Of a stretch of DNA of 64,000 nt, positions 52,765 to 63,538 are shown piece after piece. Source of the stretch: Verrucomicrobiaceae bacterium (GTDB lineage: Bacteria; Verrucomicrobiota; Verrucomicrobiia; Verrucomicrobiales; Verrucomicrobiaceae); contig JADJPW010000004.1 of NCBI GenBank assembly GCA_016713035.1, forward strand, positions 467,578 through 531,577, in the 5' to 3' direction. The position numbers were made by a program, and so were the translations under genes. Each line of letters begins with the position of its first letter. Positions within the stretch are counted from its first letter, which is position 1. A model generated the notes under the pieces. That model saw only the letters and a list, made by a program, of their open reading frames with translations. It searched no databases and was not told the origin of the DNA.

Positions 52765-54189
52765 TCACTTCATTGGCTTCTTCCCACCTTTGGCCCCGCC
52801 CTTCCTCGCAGGCTCTTTAGCAGGGTCATAGTTGGGATTCGGCTTCGGCATTTCAGCGCCGACTTCCTTTAAGTAGTCTGCGAGTCGCCTGGAGAGGCGT
52901 GCAGTGACATCCGGGCTCCTGGCAGCGAGATCACTCCTCTCCGCCAGATCCGCATCGAGATCGAAGAGTCTATCCTCCCCAGTCTCGTAGAAGTGGATCA
53001 GCTTCATGTTTCCACTGAGGATCGCGCTGTGCGGCGTATCACCCTGATAGTGCGGGAAGTGAAACACCATTTCCTCGCGAGCACGCTTTACCGGTTCTTG
53101 GGCACCCCGCAGCAAGGGCGAAAAATCGCCACCATCGAGATTCGTGGGTAGCGCCACTTTCACACCGGCTAGCTTGCAGAGTGTCGGTAGAAAATCGTAA
53201 CCCACGACTCGTTGATGGCACCACGAGTTCGCCGCGATGCCTGGGCCACGGATGATTAAGGGCACACGGATACCGCCCTCCGACACGCCGCCTTTCCCTG
53301 CACTGAGTGGCCGCACTTGCTCACGCCCACCGCCGCCTTTCCCCTTTCCTTTGCCGCCGCCTCCAGCGCCGCCGCCACCCCCACCACCGCCGTTGTCAGA
53401 CATGTAGATAATGTAGGTGTTTCTGCTGAGGCCGAGCTTTTCGACAGCAGACAGCAAGCGTCCCACGCCCGTGTCGAGATCCGCTGTGATCGCGGCGACA
53501 TCCACATTGCTGTGCATGCGACCGGGCGTCTGTTTTTCGTAAAAGGCCCGCGTGGCCTTGAGCGCGTTCTCCGGCAGATGCAGTGCGTAGTAGGACATCT
53601 GCATGTAGAAGGGCTTCCGTGCATCGACTTGCTTCTTCATGAAGGCCTCCGCTCGCTCATTCATGCCAAAGATGTCCACCGGGTTCGGATCGACATATTG
53701 ATCCGCATCGCGATTGCCCGTATCTCCATCACTCACGTCGTAACCATGCGCCTGCGGCCCACCACCACCGAGATGCCACTTGCCAAAATGCGCCGTCGCA
53801 TAGCCCGCCGAATGCAGTAACTCCGCCACAGTGACTTCCTCGCTGCCAATATGCTTGCGAGAGGCTCCTTCGATCAAACGATGCCCTTCCTCTGCGGGTG
53901 CAGCCTTTGTCCAGCCCAGTGCCGCAGGATTCCGCCCTGTCTGCAAACTGATCCGCGTAGGCGAGCACACGGGAGCAGGCGCATACGCTGCGCTAAACCT
54001 CATGCCCTGTGCTGCGAGCATCTCCAGATTCGGCGTGCGGTAAAAATCGCTCTTCGAGTTCGGCAGATCAGGATGCATCTGCACGGACAGCCCCGTCCAG
54101 TCCTGGTCATCGGAGAGAATGAAGATGAAGTTTGGCGACTCTGCTGCGAATGAGCTCATCGCGACTAGGAGGAGAAGCAGGATTTTCAT
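52765..54189 (-). CDS. Arylsulfatase-A-like sulfatase with Gly/Lys-rich loop insertion
   Basis: SDDQ, CSPTRISL formylglycine motif, GKWHLG, SDNG and EGGIRVP; GGAGG RBS before ATG 54189. Confidence 0.93.
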   Translation of the reverse strand: MKILLLLLVAMSSFAAESPNFIFILSDDQDWTGLSVQMHPDLPNSKSDFYRTPNLEMLAAQGMRFSAAYAPAPVCSPTRISLQTGRNPAALGWTKAAPAEEGHRLIEGASRKHIGSEEVTVAELLHSAGYATAHFGKWHLGGGGPQAHGYDVSDGDTGNRDADQYVDPNPVDIFGMNERAEAFMKKQVDARKPFYMQMSYYALHLPENALKATRAFYEKQTPGRMHSNVDVAAITADLDTGVGRLLSAVEKLGLSRNTYIIYMSDNGGGGGGGGAGGGGKGKGKGGGGREQVRPLSAGKGGVSEGGIRVPLIIRGPGIAANSWCHQRVVGYDFLPTLCKLAGVKVALPTNLDGGDFSPLLRGAQEPVKRAREEMVFHFPHYQGDTPHSAILSGNMKLIHFYETGEDRLFDLDADLAERSDLAARSPDVTARLSRRLADYLKEVGAEMPKPNPNYDPAKEPARKGGAKGGKKPMK

Positions 54190-54211
54190 ATCCTCCATGA
54201 ACACTCTCCAC

Positions 54212-54260
54212 GTCAGGGTGGTATCACGGAATTCGAGTTCATTTGTCAGGATTGGGTCAA
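54212..54260 (-). promoter_or_regulatory. Conserved box copy B (upstream of the sulfatase)
   Basis: Minus strand TTGACCCAATCCTGACAAAT (54260-54241), with a further CTGAC 33 nt downstream. Confidence 0.78.
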
Positions 54261-54542
54261 TAGAAACGACGTCAATACGGTCTGAGGCATGATTCGACCG
54301 TTTCCGCCTTCGCCTTCGACCTCCCTAGTAGGTGCCGCGAGTAAGTTGCGACGTTTTGCCGCAAAAAGGTGTCTCTAAGTCGGCAAAAACAAGTTTATGG
54401 CCCGAGTTGACCTTCCACAGCTCATGCGCACATCCCAGTCCTCCCATCATATGATGTTTATCTCCCTTCGTCTCTTCCGCATTTTCCACCAGTCACGTAG
54501 CGCTTCATTTCACTGCGAAATTCCTATGAAAGGAGGTCGGCC

Positions 54543-55532
54543 ATGACCTCTGGTCTCATTGCCCTGCTAGATGATGTCACCGCACTGGCCAAGGTGGCCG
54601 CATCTTCCCTGGATGATGCTGGCGCGATGGCCGCGAAAGCTGGTGGAAAAGCTGCGGGCATCGTCATCGACGATGCCGCTGTCACACCACGATACGTCGT
54701 GGGCCTGAGTGCCGAGCGCGAATTGCCCATCATCGTGAAAATCGCCAAAGGCTCTCTGAAAAACAAGCTGCTCATCCTCCTGCCTGGAGCCCTGATCCTG
54801 AGCCTCGTGGCTCCGTGGATCATCACTCCGCTGCTGATGGCTGGAGGTGCGTTTTTATGCCTAGAGGGCTATCACAAGGTGGTCCAGATCATCCGTCCAG
54901 ACCATCATACCGAGGTGGATGAAGCAGAATCAGCCGCCCCGACCACTGCGGAGGAGCTGGAGGACGAACGCGTGACCAGCGCCATCCGCACGGACTTCAT
55001 CCTCTCTGCCGAGATCATGGCTATCACGCTCGCATCTGTCACCAGCTCGCCATTGTGGATGCAGGCGTTTGTTCTCGCCGTGGTGGGTCTGGGCATGACA
55101 TTGCTGGTCTATGGAGTCGTCGCACTGATCGTGAAAGCGGATGATGCGGGGGTAGCGCTGGCACGCTCTGGCAGTGGGATCGTTCGCAGCATCGGACGCG
55201 GAATGGTCGCCGGTATGCCAGTGTTTCTCAAAGTGCTGAGTTTCGTCGGTATGATCGCTATGCTTTGGGTAGGTGGTGGCATCCTCATCCATGGTCTGCA
55301 TCAGATGGGTGTACACGGGCCTGAGGAGGCGGTGCATCACTCGGCGGAGGCTTTTGCTGGATTGTTGCCAGCTTTGCACGGCTTTCTGGCGTGGCTGGGG
55401 CAGGCGGGCATCGCATCCATCCTCGGTGTGATCGTCGGAGCCCTGGTCGATCCATTTGTGAATCATGTGATGCTGCCTCTCATCGCTCGCTGGAGGGGCA
55501 AGATAAGATCGTTGCCTCGCCACAGAGCTTGA
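54543..55532 (+). CDS. DUF808 (YedI-like) inner membrane protein
   Basis: GLIALLDD, KAAGIVIDDAAVTPRYV and RTDFILSAEIM. Confidence 0.9.
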   Translation: MTSGLIALLDDVTALAKVAASSLDDAGAMAAKAGGKAAGIVIDDAAVTPRYVVGLSAERELPIIVKIAKGSLKNKLLILLPGALILSLVAPWIITPLLMAGGAFLCLEGYHKVVQIIRPDHHTEVDEAESAAPTTAEELEDERVTSAIRTDFILSAEIMAITLASVTSSPLWMQAFVLAVVGLGMTLLVYGVVALIVKADDAGVALARSGSGIVRSIGRGMVAGMPVFLKVLSFVGMIAMLWVGGGILIHGLHQMGVHGPEEAVHHSAEAFAGLLPALHGFLAWLGQAGIASILGVIVGALVDPFVNHVMLPLIARWRGKIRSLPRHRA

Positions 55533-55563
55533 CCAAAGGCACATAAGCTGTCCCCCTCTGCCC

Positions 55564-57143
55564 ATGACTGACACTCCTCCTGCTACCACCTCGTTTTCAC
55601 CGCTCCTCCTCCGTGGAGGTGTGCTGGCACTCATCGGCGCAGCTTTTGCCTATCTTGTCTCGGAGAAGGCAAAAATGGGTGTCGTACCAGGTTGCATTGT
55701 TGGAGGGGCAATTTTCGGAATCGGAATGTTTGCGCTCATCAAGCTCGCGGAGCCCAGCGTGAACTTTGGATTACCTTTGGTTTGAAGATGGTAATCGTGA
55801 CCGCCTACAAGTTGCTCAACGTGGTGTATCACAAATTGGGCAATCAAAGACCTTCATTTGAGTGATGCCAGGGGCAGGCGGTCTTTGCTGCCTGGGGCAC
55901 ATTCATCATGGTTGCCACGTTGCTATCTGGCTCTCTTGCTGATGCGATTGGAATGCGACGCACTCTGATGATCGGCATGCTGCTTTCCGTCGTGTTCCCG
56001 GACCGTGATGTTTGCCAGCACCAACGTATGGGTCGCTCTTGTGTTTGGCATGGTGCCAGCAGCCATCGGCGAGGCATTTTGCACGCCAGTGCTCGTGGCG
56101 GCCACGCGTAAATTCACCACGCCGGAACAGCGCTCCGTGGCGTTCTCGATCTTCTACGCGATCATGAACGCTGGTTTCCTCGTTGCTTATTTCTTTCGCG
56201 ATTCCGTCTTCTCCGCTCTGCCGCCCGATCAAGCTGGAATGGTGAGTTTTACTGGAGTGCCATTTAGCCAAGAACGGGTGCTCATCTTCGTGAGTATTGC
56301 AGTGGAGTTGCTCATGTTGCCTCTGTTGTGGCTGATGCGAGCCGACCATGATATGACCGCTGCAACTAAAAGCAGTGGCCAAGACGGTGGGTTCTGGCGA
56401 AATTTGGCACCACCATCCGAACACAGCGAGTGAAACCGGTAAACAACTCATGGGATTGGTGCGGCACCCTGGCTTCGCGCGGCTATTGACTTTCCTAGCC
56501 ATGATCGGCCTTCTCAAGATCGTTTTTGGAACGATGGACAGCGTGCTTCCCACTTTCCCGGAACGCGAACTGGAGTGGAAGGCGGTGATCGAGCAGGGCG
56601 CTTCAATGCGGTCAACAGTGTGCTCATTCTAGTCCTAGCACCTCTGATCGGTATTCTCACGCGGAAGCATTCAGCCTATTCGATGGTTATTTTCGGCGGA
56701 TTTGTCACGGCGGTCTCATTTATATTCATGGCGCTCCCGGGCAGTTTTTTCAAGGGCTAGCCGATGGTGCCTTGGGGACGCGGTGGGGCATGGTTACCTG
56801 GATTTTCAGGGGCAAATTCATCCGCTTACATCGTGATGATTGTTCTCTGGCAGGTGGTTTTCTCAATCGGGGAGGCACTCTATTCGCCGCGTGTCTATGA
56901 GTATGCCGCCTCCATAGCGCCCAAAGGCCAAGAGGCCTCATTCGCATCATTGTCCTGCATTCCGCTGCTGATGAGCAAGATGGCCACGGGTGCACTTTTG
57001 CGGAATCATGGCTGACTGCCTGGATACAGGCCCTGCGAACGGCCCACGACATGGATGATCGTCGGTGGAGCATTGTCGGCTGGCTCCGCTGCTGCTTTTT
57101 CTCCGCCCCTCCTTCCATTAATGAAGAAGGGAAGGCTAGCTGA
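55564..57143 (+). pseudogene. MFS transporter (POT/MFS_1-like) broken into at least 6 reading-frame segments
   Basis: Fragments GSLADAIGMRRT, RSVAFSIFYAIMNAG, FSIGEALYSPR and APKGQEASF lie in successive frames; AT-richer than the host. Confidence 0.7.
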
Positions 57144-57238
57144 GTCGGGGCTGCGCCCCCATGTTGTCGCTCGCTTTAGTGTGGGGCAATGACCCGTGAA
57201 AGGCTCTACCAGCACTACTGGAATGCATCAGAGGACCA

Positions 57239-59915
57239 TCACTTCACTGGCACGCCGCTCACATCGAGATCGGGCTTCGTGTTCCATCTTGGCGTCCAGC
57301 CGGGTTTTTCGACCTTGGTGCGGAAGATGACGGTGTTGTCGAGGGCGATGTCGTCGCTCCAGATGAACTTGGCACCTTCGAAGTCGTTCTCGAAGTAGGG
57401 CTGTTTGGGATCGACTTCTTCGACGGTGTATTCCTTGGCGTTTTTCCAGGTGCTGTCGTCGAAGTCCACGGTCCACCAATTGGCAGGAAGAGGCTCTTGG
57501 ATGACTTTTGGGTTCGCGGTGTCGGCGTTGATGGGGCCGTGGAAGAAGTTTTGGCCTTCCAGGTGGCGTTGGTGACGGTGCCGTCGGCGAATTGATGCAC
57601 AGGCCGGCGTCGCCGATGCTGGTGCCGTATTCCATGCCGGTCTTCGGATCGGCGTTGTCCTTCGCAAGCACGGCGATGGTCATGGGATACTCGGGCAGGA
57701 AATCGACGCTGACGACATTGTGCGGCGTGAACTGAATGCTGTCCACGGCGACGAGGCGGCCGTTGACGTAGAGCATGAACCAATTGTCGGCATAGACGTT
57801 GAGTTTGATCGTGTCGGCGATGCTGGGCTTCACGAGGCCGGGAGGGCCACCTTTGCCTTTTCCTTTGCCGCCCCCTTTTTGGGTTCCTGGCCCGCATTGG
57901 CTCTCGGCGGGGACGGAATGACCCTGCGCCTGATCCACTGCTGTGAACGACACGCAGAGATGAACTCGCGAGCACCTTGTCCTTCATCGCGGCGATGAGC
58001 TCTTCACGACCGGGAGTGTTATTCACCTTCAGCGGGCCAGAGAGGGCGTACATCGTGATCACGTAGGTCTTTGCGCCAGGCCCCTTGGAGTGCGGGGGTT
58101 CGTAGCCCGCGTCACCTTTGAAGCCAGTGCCTAGCTTGCCAATGCGTTGCGAGTCCTTTGGCAGGCTTGCGACTTCGCTGGGGATGTCATAGATGGTCCA
58201 ATACCACTTCTTGTCTCCATCAGGCGTCACATGATCCATGATCAAGGCGAAGCTCTGTGTGCCAGAGGGTGCCCCGATCCACTCGAGAGGTGGGCTGATG
58301 CCGACTCCGTCTCCAGTGAACTCAATGGGCAGATTTTTGAGGTCTTCCACCACGGGGCTATTGAGCATGAACTTGCCATCGCTGCTGCGAGGCTGATCCG
58401 GCAGTGCCACGAACGTTTCCTGCTTGCCTCCACGACCTCCACCTTCACCGCGCTTCATCTCTTCGCGTGCTGGAGGTTCATTGTCACGGGGTCGAGGGGC
58501 GTCACCGGCAGGTGCGTTGCCAGCGAGTTCATCGAGTTCCGGGGTGTCGAGTTTGCCATCGCGATTGTGATCGAAGGTGTTGAACTGCTCTTTGGCCTTC
58601 GCCATCGCATCGGGACGCCATCGCCATTCACATCGAGGATGCCTTCCACCTCGGCCTGCGGACGCGGCGGGCGACCGCCTTCTTCACCGGGACGGGGCGG
58701 CGGTTCATCACCGCGACGCATCTCGCCTTCGCGACCACCTTTGCCCTGTCCCTTGCCTTTTCCTTTGCCCTTCATGCCTTCAGCACCGCCGCCGGGCGGA
58801 CGATCACCACCACCGCCACCTTGGCGACGTGCGGTGTAAACTTCATCCGCCGTGCCTTCGCGACCATTGTCGAAGTGAAAGGGATAGGTGCCATCGGCCT
58901 TGATCGAGTAGCTGACGCTGCGTTTGTCGCCATTCACCTCGTAGCTGAGCTTGTAGCTGTCCTTGCCGGTGCTTTCGAAGGCGGTGATCTTGGCACCGCG
59001 AAGCGCCGTGAGGGCCTCACGCACACCTTGCGCACGTGGTTGCGGATCCACTTGCTCGCCCGCCTCCACGACCTCGCCGTGGAAGCCACCGAAGACATAC
59101 GGATACTTGTTCGAAGCATGATAATGATAGCCGCCGGGCGATTCGTGGCCGTGGCACTCGTCGAGGTTCGCCACGGGCGAGCCATCCGGCTCCGTGAGGC
59201 CATAGATCGGATAGCCATCGAGCGCATAAGCCACCGGCATGCCTTTGCCCACCTGCGCCTGCAAATGCAGCGGCGCGATGTGGTAGTGATAATCATCCGC
59301 GCGTCCGCAATGACCGCCCCACTCGTCGAGCTCGCCGATTTCATAGCTGATCTCACCGCGATTGTTCTGCGGGTTGAAGATCGGGATGCCATTCACCGCC
59401 AAAGCGATCGCGCCGCGCAGGAAGCGACCTTTGATCATGGCGGGTTCCTTGGCTGGCACCGGCTTCAGCGGAATGCGCCAGGCATTGTCATCGAAATACG
59501 GCTGCGGCAGCGGCACCTGCTGCTGCCACGCGGTGATGCCGACCATCATGTTGTGATCCGGCATGCCATTCGAGCCCACATAGAGAAACTCACCATCCGC
59601 ACGCAGATCGAGCTTCGTGAAGGGCAGAAAGGCCTTCGCGGTCTGCGGGGCATTCGCCGCGTTCGCGACTGCCGCGGCGGCGAGTTGGACGACCGAGGCC
59701 GTGGAGGCGAGAAGAGGAGCGCGGAGACTCTTCTCCGCTTCATTCCTCTTCGCGGCTTCGCCGCCATTTTCAGAAGATGCGGGCAGGAGTGCCCGCGCTC
59801 CCTTCTGCATCCACTCCTCGAGAATATGCGCCCGCAGCGCCTCGCGGTCGGTGGTGGCCAGATCATGCGCGGCGAGGCTTGTCGCGAATAGAAGAAGGGC
59901 AGAGAGCGTTTTCAT
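57239..59915 (-). CDS. Secreted multidomain YHYH + EF-hand + YbhB/YbcL (PEBP) + unknown C-terminal domain protein (about 890 aa if 4 frameshifts are corrected)
   Basis: Signal peptide at 59915; DYHYH and GYHYH; DVNGDG/DHNRDGKLD EF-loops; SPPLEW...FALIMD and YEPPHS PEBP motifs; YADNWF...FDDSTW C-domain. Breaks near 58605, 57878, 57590 and 57553. Confidence 0.75.
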
Positions 59916-59940
59916 AGCACCGCCTACTAACTCTCGACGC

Positions 59941-59989
59941 GTCAAAACGGCTTCAGCGATTCTCGGGAGATTTGTCAGGATTGCGTCAA
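59941..59989 (-). promoter_or_regulatory. Conserved box copy C (upstream of the YHYH fusion)
   Basis: Minus strand TTGACGCAATCCTGACAAAT (59989-59970), with a further TTGAC 33 nt downstream. Confidence 0.78.
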
Positions 59990-60060
59990 GGCAGCCGCAG
60001 GCAGGCATTCGCGCCCACTTCTGCAAAGCGCTGCCCGTGCGACGCGTCTTAATCAAACGC

Positions 60061-61264
60061 ATGCACCTCACCCGCCGCCATTTTCTCCAAACGACCAGCC
60101 TCGCGCTCGCCTCGGCTCACACGCACGTTTTGGCCGCGGAGGACCCGCTCATCGAGTCCATCGAGAAAGTCGTGCTGAAGACCCCCGCGCTGCCCAAAGG
60201 CACCTGGTTCCATCCGCGAGCCTGCATGGTCGGCAAGAAGGCCTTCATGACCACGCAGCCCATCGTGGGCTCCGATCACTTCGGGCATGTGCACTGGACC
60301 ACCTCCGATGACCTCGGCCAAACCTGGAGCGAGTTCATGCCCGCGCCGCCGCTGGGTTGGGAAAAGCTGCCCGATGGCTTGAATGAGGCCGTTTGCGACA
60401 TCACGCCCGAGTTTCATCCGCAGACCGGCAGCGTGCTCGCGCTCGGTCACAATGTCTTCTACAAGGACAAAGGCTTTGATCGCAACCAGCCGCCGCGCTG
60501 GCCGATCTACGCCGTGTGGAAAGACGGCACGTGGGGGCCGCGTCGCAAGCTCGTGTGGGACGACCCGCGTGCCACCGAGATCTACTCAAACAACTGCGGC
60601 CAGCGCCACATGCTGCCGGATGGCGATGTGCTCATGAGCTTCACCTTCGGCGTCAAAGGCCAGACGCGCTCCGTGTGCGGCGTGCGCTGCTCCTTTGATG
60701 GCGACCAGCTCCTCATCAAACAAACCGGCAACGCGCTTACGAACAGCGTCGGCCGCGGACTGCTCGAGCCTTCGCTCACGCGGTTCGGAGGCCGTTTTTA
60801 CCTCACCATCCGCGCCGAGGATCGCAAAGGCTACGTCGCCGTGAGCGATGACGGCCTGCACTACGAGCCGCAGCAGCCATGGAGCTGGGACGACGGCACG
60901 CCGCTCATGACGAACAGCACGCAGCAGCACTGGCTCACGCATTCCGACGGCCTCTTCCTCGTCTATACGCGACGCGATCCCACCAACGAAAAGGTCATCC
61001 GCTGGCGTGCCCCGCTCTGGGTGGCGCAGGTGGACCCGGAAAACGCTCCGCCTCATCCGCGCCACCGAGCGCGTCGTGCTCCCGCTCATCGGCGATGGCG
61101 TGAACGCCGCCGACCTCGTCGCCTTCAACGGCAACTTCGGCGTCTGCAATGCCAGCCCCGCCGAATCCTGGATCACCGACGGCTCCTGGTGCCCCAAAAC
61201 CAACACCGGCGAACTCAACCTCGCCCGCGTGAAGTGGCGGAAGGCGAATGCGTTGGTGGCATAG
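60061..61264 (+). CDS. Tat-exported BNR/sialidase-like beta-propeller, frameshift near 61050
   Basis: LTRRHFL Tat motif, Asp-box SDDLGQTW, GLLEPSL and VSDDGLHY. Confidence 0.8.
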
Positions 61265-61314
61265 CCAAGGCAGCACAACGCCGTTCAGATTCGTGCTTCT
61301 CAAGCTGTGCATAA

Positions 61315-61334
61315 ATTTGTCGGGATTGTGTAAA
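61315..61334 (-). promoter_or_regulatory. Conserved box copy D (upstream of the response regulator)
   Basis: Minus strand TTTACACAATCCCGACAAAT, 17/20 identical to copy C. Confidence 0.68.
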
Positions 61335-61372
61335 GAGCCGTGCAGACAGGAAGGTCTGCATCACACTCCGCC

Positions 61373-62070
61373 ATGCGCCTCCTCATCATCGACGACGACA
61401 CCGAGCTCTGCCAGCTCGTGGCCGATTACCTAACGCCGATGGGCTTCCAGGTCGAAATGGAGCACGATGGCGAGCGTGGAGCTGACCGCGCCACCTCCGA
61501 GGGCTGGGCGGCCATCATCCTCGATGTCATGATGCCCGGCTGCGATGGCTTTGAAGTCCTCCGCCGCATCCGTGCGAAGTCCAAAGTGCCCGTCATGATG
61601 CTCACCGGCCGCGGCGAGGAGGTGGACCGCATCGTCGGCCTCGAACTCGGTGCAGACGACTACCTGCCGAAGACTTTTTCCTCCCGCGAGCTCCTCGCCC
61701 GCCTCCGCGCCCTGCTGCGCCGCACCGGCTGGATCGCGGAGACTGCTCCTCAGGCTCCTATCAAAGAAATCGTCATCGGCGAACTGCGCATCAATCCCGA
61801 AACGCATGATGTCGTCCTCGGCGACCAGCCCGTGCAGCTCACGCCGGCTGAGTTCGGCCTTCTTTTGTCACTCGCGAAGGCCCACGGTCGTGTCAAAACA
61901 CGCGAGCAGCTCATCGAAGAGGTCGCCGACCGCGAGTGGGATGTCTTTGACCGCGCCATCGACATGCACATCTCCACGCTACGCAAAAACTCGGCGATGA
62001 CCCCAAGGAGCCGCGCTACATCAAAACCGTGCGCGGCTACGGCTATCAACTCGTCACTCCCGCCCGATGA
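61373..62070 (+). CDS. OmpR/PhoB-family (CpxR-like) response regulator, frameshift near 61988
   Basis: IDDD, LDVMMPG, GADDYLPK and DRAIDMHISTLR, then YIKTVRGYGY in the shifted frame; ATGA coupling to the kinase. Confidence 0.92.
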
Positions 62071-63478
62071 GCCGCGTGCGCCTACCGCTTTACGGCAAGA
62101 TCCTCTCGTGGTTCGCCCTGAACCTCGCGGTGCTGGCGCTGCTCTTCTTTTTCTTCCTCAAGGCGCAGTTTCGCCTCGGTCTCGACTGGATGCTCTCCGG
62201 CGAGCCCGGTGATCGCATCGCCGCCATCGGCGAGACCATCACCTTTGAGTTCTCCCGCCTCGCCGAGAGCGAATGGCCCGCTCATTTGAGCGACTACGAT
62301 CAAAAACACGGCGTCACCTTCGGCCTTTTGACGGACGCGGCGAGCAGCTCCATGGCAAACCGCTCACGCCACCGCCCGAGGTCATGCCGCGACTCATCGA
62401 CCGCCGTCCACTCGGAGAAAAACTCGCCCGCCGCGCACCCGGCCCTGTCTCGAAACGTCCTGCCGATGCACCGCCGAAGCCGCGCTTCATGATGCGTGCT
62501 GGCGATCCCGCTCGCTACTGGGCTGGTGTGCATCTCGACCTCGTCGCGCAGGATGGTCGCTCACTCACGCTCGTCATGGTCTCTGACAGCATCAGCGGCG
62601 GCGGCCTCTTTTTCGATCTGCGCCCGTGGCTCTGGCTCGCTGCTGCCGCACTCCTCATCTCCGCACTCCATGTGGATGCCCTTCGTGCGCGGCATCACCG
62701 GCTTCATCGGCACGCTCAACCACGCCGCAGGCCGCATCGCGCATGGCAAATTCGACGAGCGCATCGAAAAACAACGCAGCGATGAACTCGGCGAGCTCTC
62801 CACCTCCGTGAACACCATGGCCGCGCAGCTCGGCGACTACATGCGCGAGCAAAAACGCATCACCGCCGATGTCGCACACGAGCTATGCAGCCCCATCGCC
62901 CGCATGCAGATGGCGCTCGGCGTGGTGGAGCAGCGCAGCACGCCCGATCAATCCACCTACCTGCAAAACTCGACCGCGAACTCCAGCACATGGCCAAACT
63001 CGTCGAAGAGGTCCTCGCCTTCTCCAAAGCGGAAACCATCCCCGGCCGCGGAACGCCCGAAGACCTCGATTTGCGCGAATTGCTCCAAAACATCCTCGCC
63101 CGCGAAGCGCCCGAAAACGGCATCAAACTCGAGATCGGCGACTTCAAGCTCCACAGCCTCCGAAACGCCCTGGATCGCGGCATCGGCAACGTCGTGCGCA
63201 ACGCCATCCGCTACGCCAAAAACATCGAAATCACCGCCAATGCTGAAAACGGCCACGTGACACTCCAAATCGCAGATCGTGGCCCCGGAGTGCCCGAAGA
63301 GGCCATTGCACGCCTCTTTGAGCCCTTTTTCCGCCCTGAGGCGGCCCGTGGCCGCAACACAGGTGGCAGCGGCCTCGGCCTCGCGATCACGAAGCGCTGC
63401 ATCGAAGCCTGCGGTGGCACCGTGACGGCACGGAATCGCGAGGGCGGCGGGCTGGTGGTGGACATCACTCTGCCATGA
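62067..63478 (+). CDS. HAMP sensor histidine kinase (CpxA-like), about 3 apparent frameshifts
   Basis: HAMP RSDELGEL, H-box DVAHELCSPIAR, N-box NVVRNAIRY, DRGPG, FEPFFR and GLGLAI. Confidence 0.9.
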
Positions 63479-63538
63479 GATGAGCGGCTGGCAAAAAAGC
63501 CGTCGATCCGTTACTTCGCGGCTGGAACTTGTGAGGGA

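Noticed and set aside
55564-55785. Independent small membrane protein
   Set aside because: Adding one T near 55765 continues it as NFWITFGLKMVIVTAYKLLN into the MFS fragments, so it is treated as the MFS N-terminus.
61980-62000. Programmed frameshifting in the response regulator, kinase or other split genes
   Set aside because: Breaks are at short A-runs without consistent slippery heptamers or stimulatory structures and are too numerous; sequencing error is more parsimonious.
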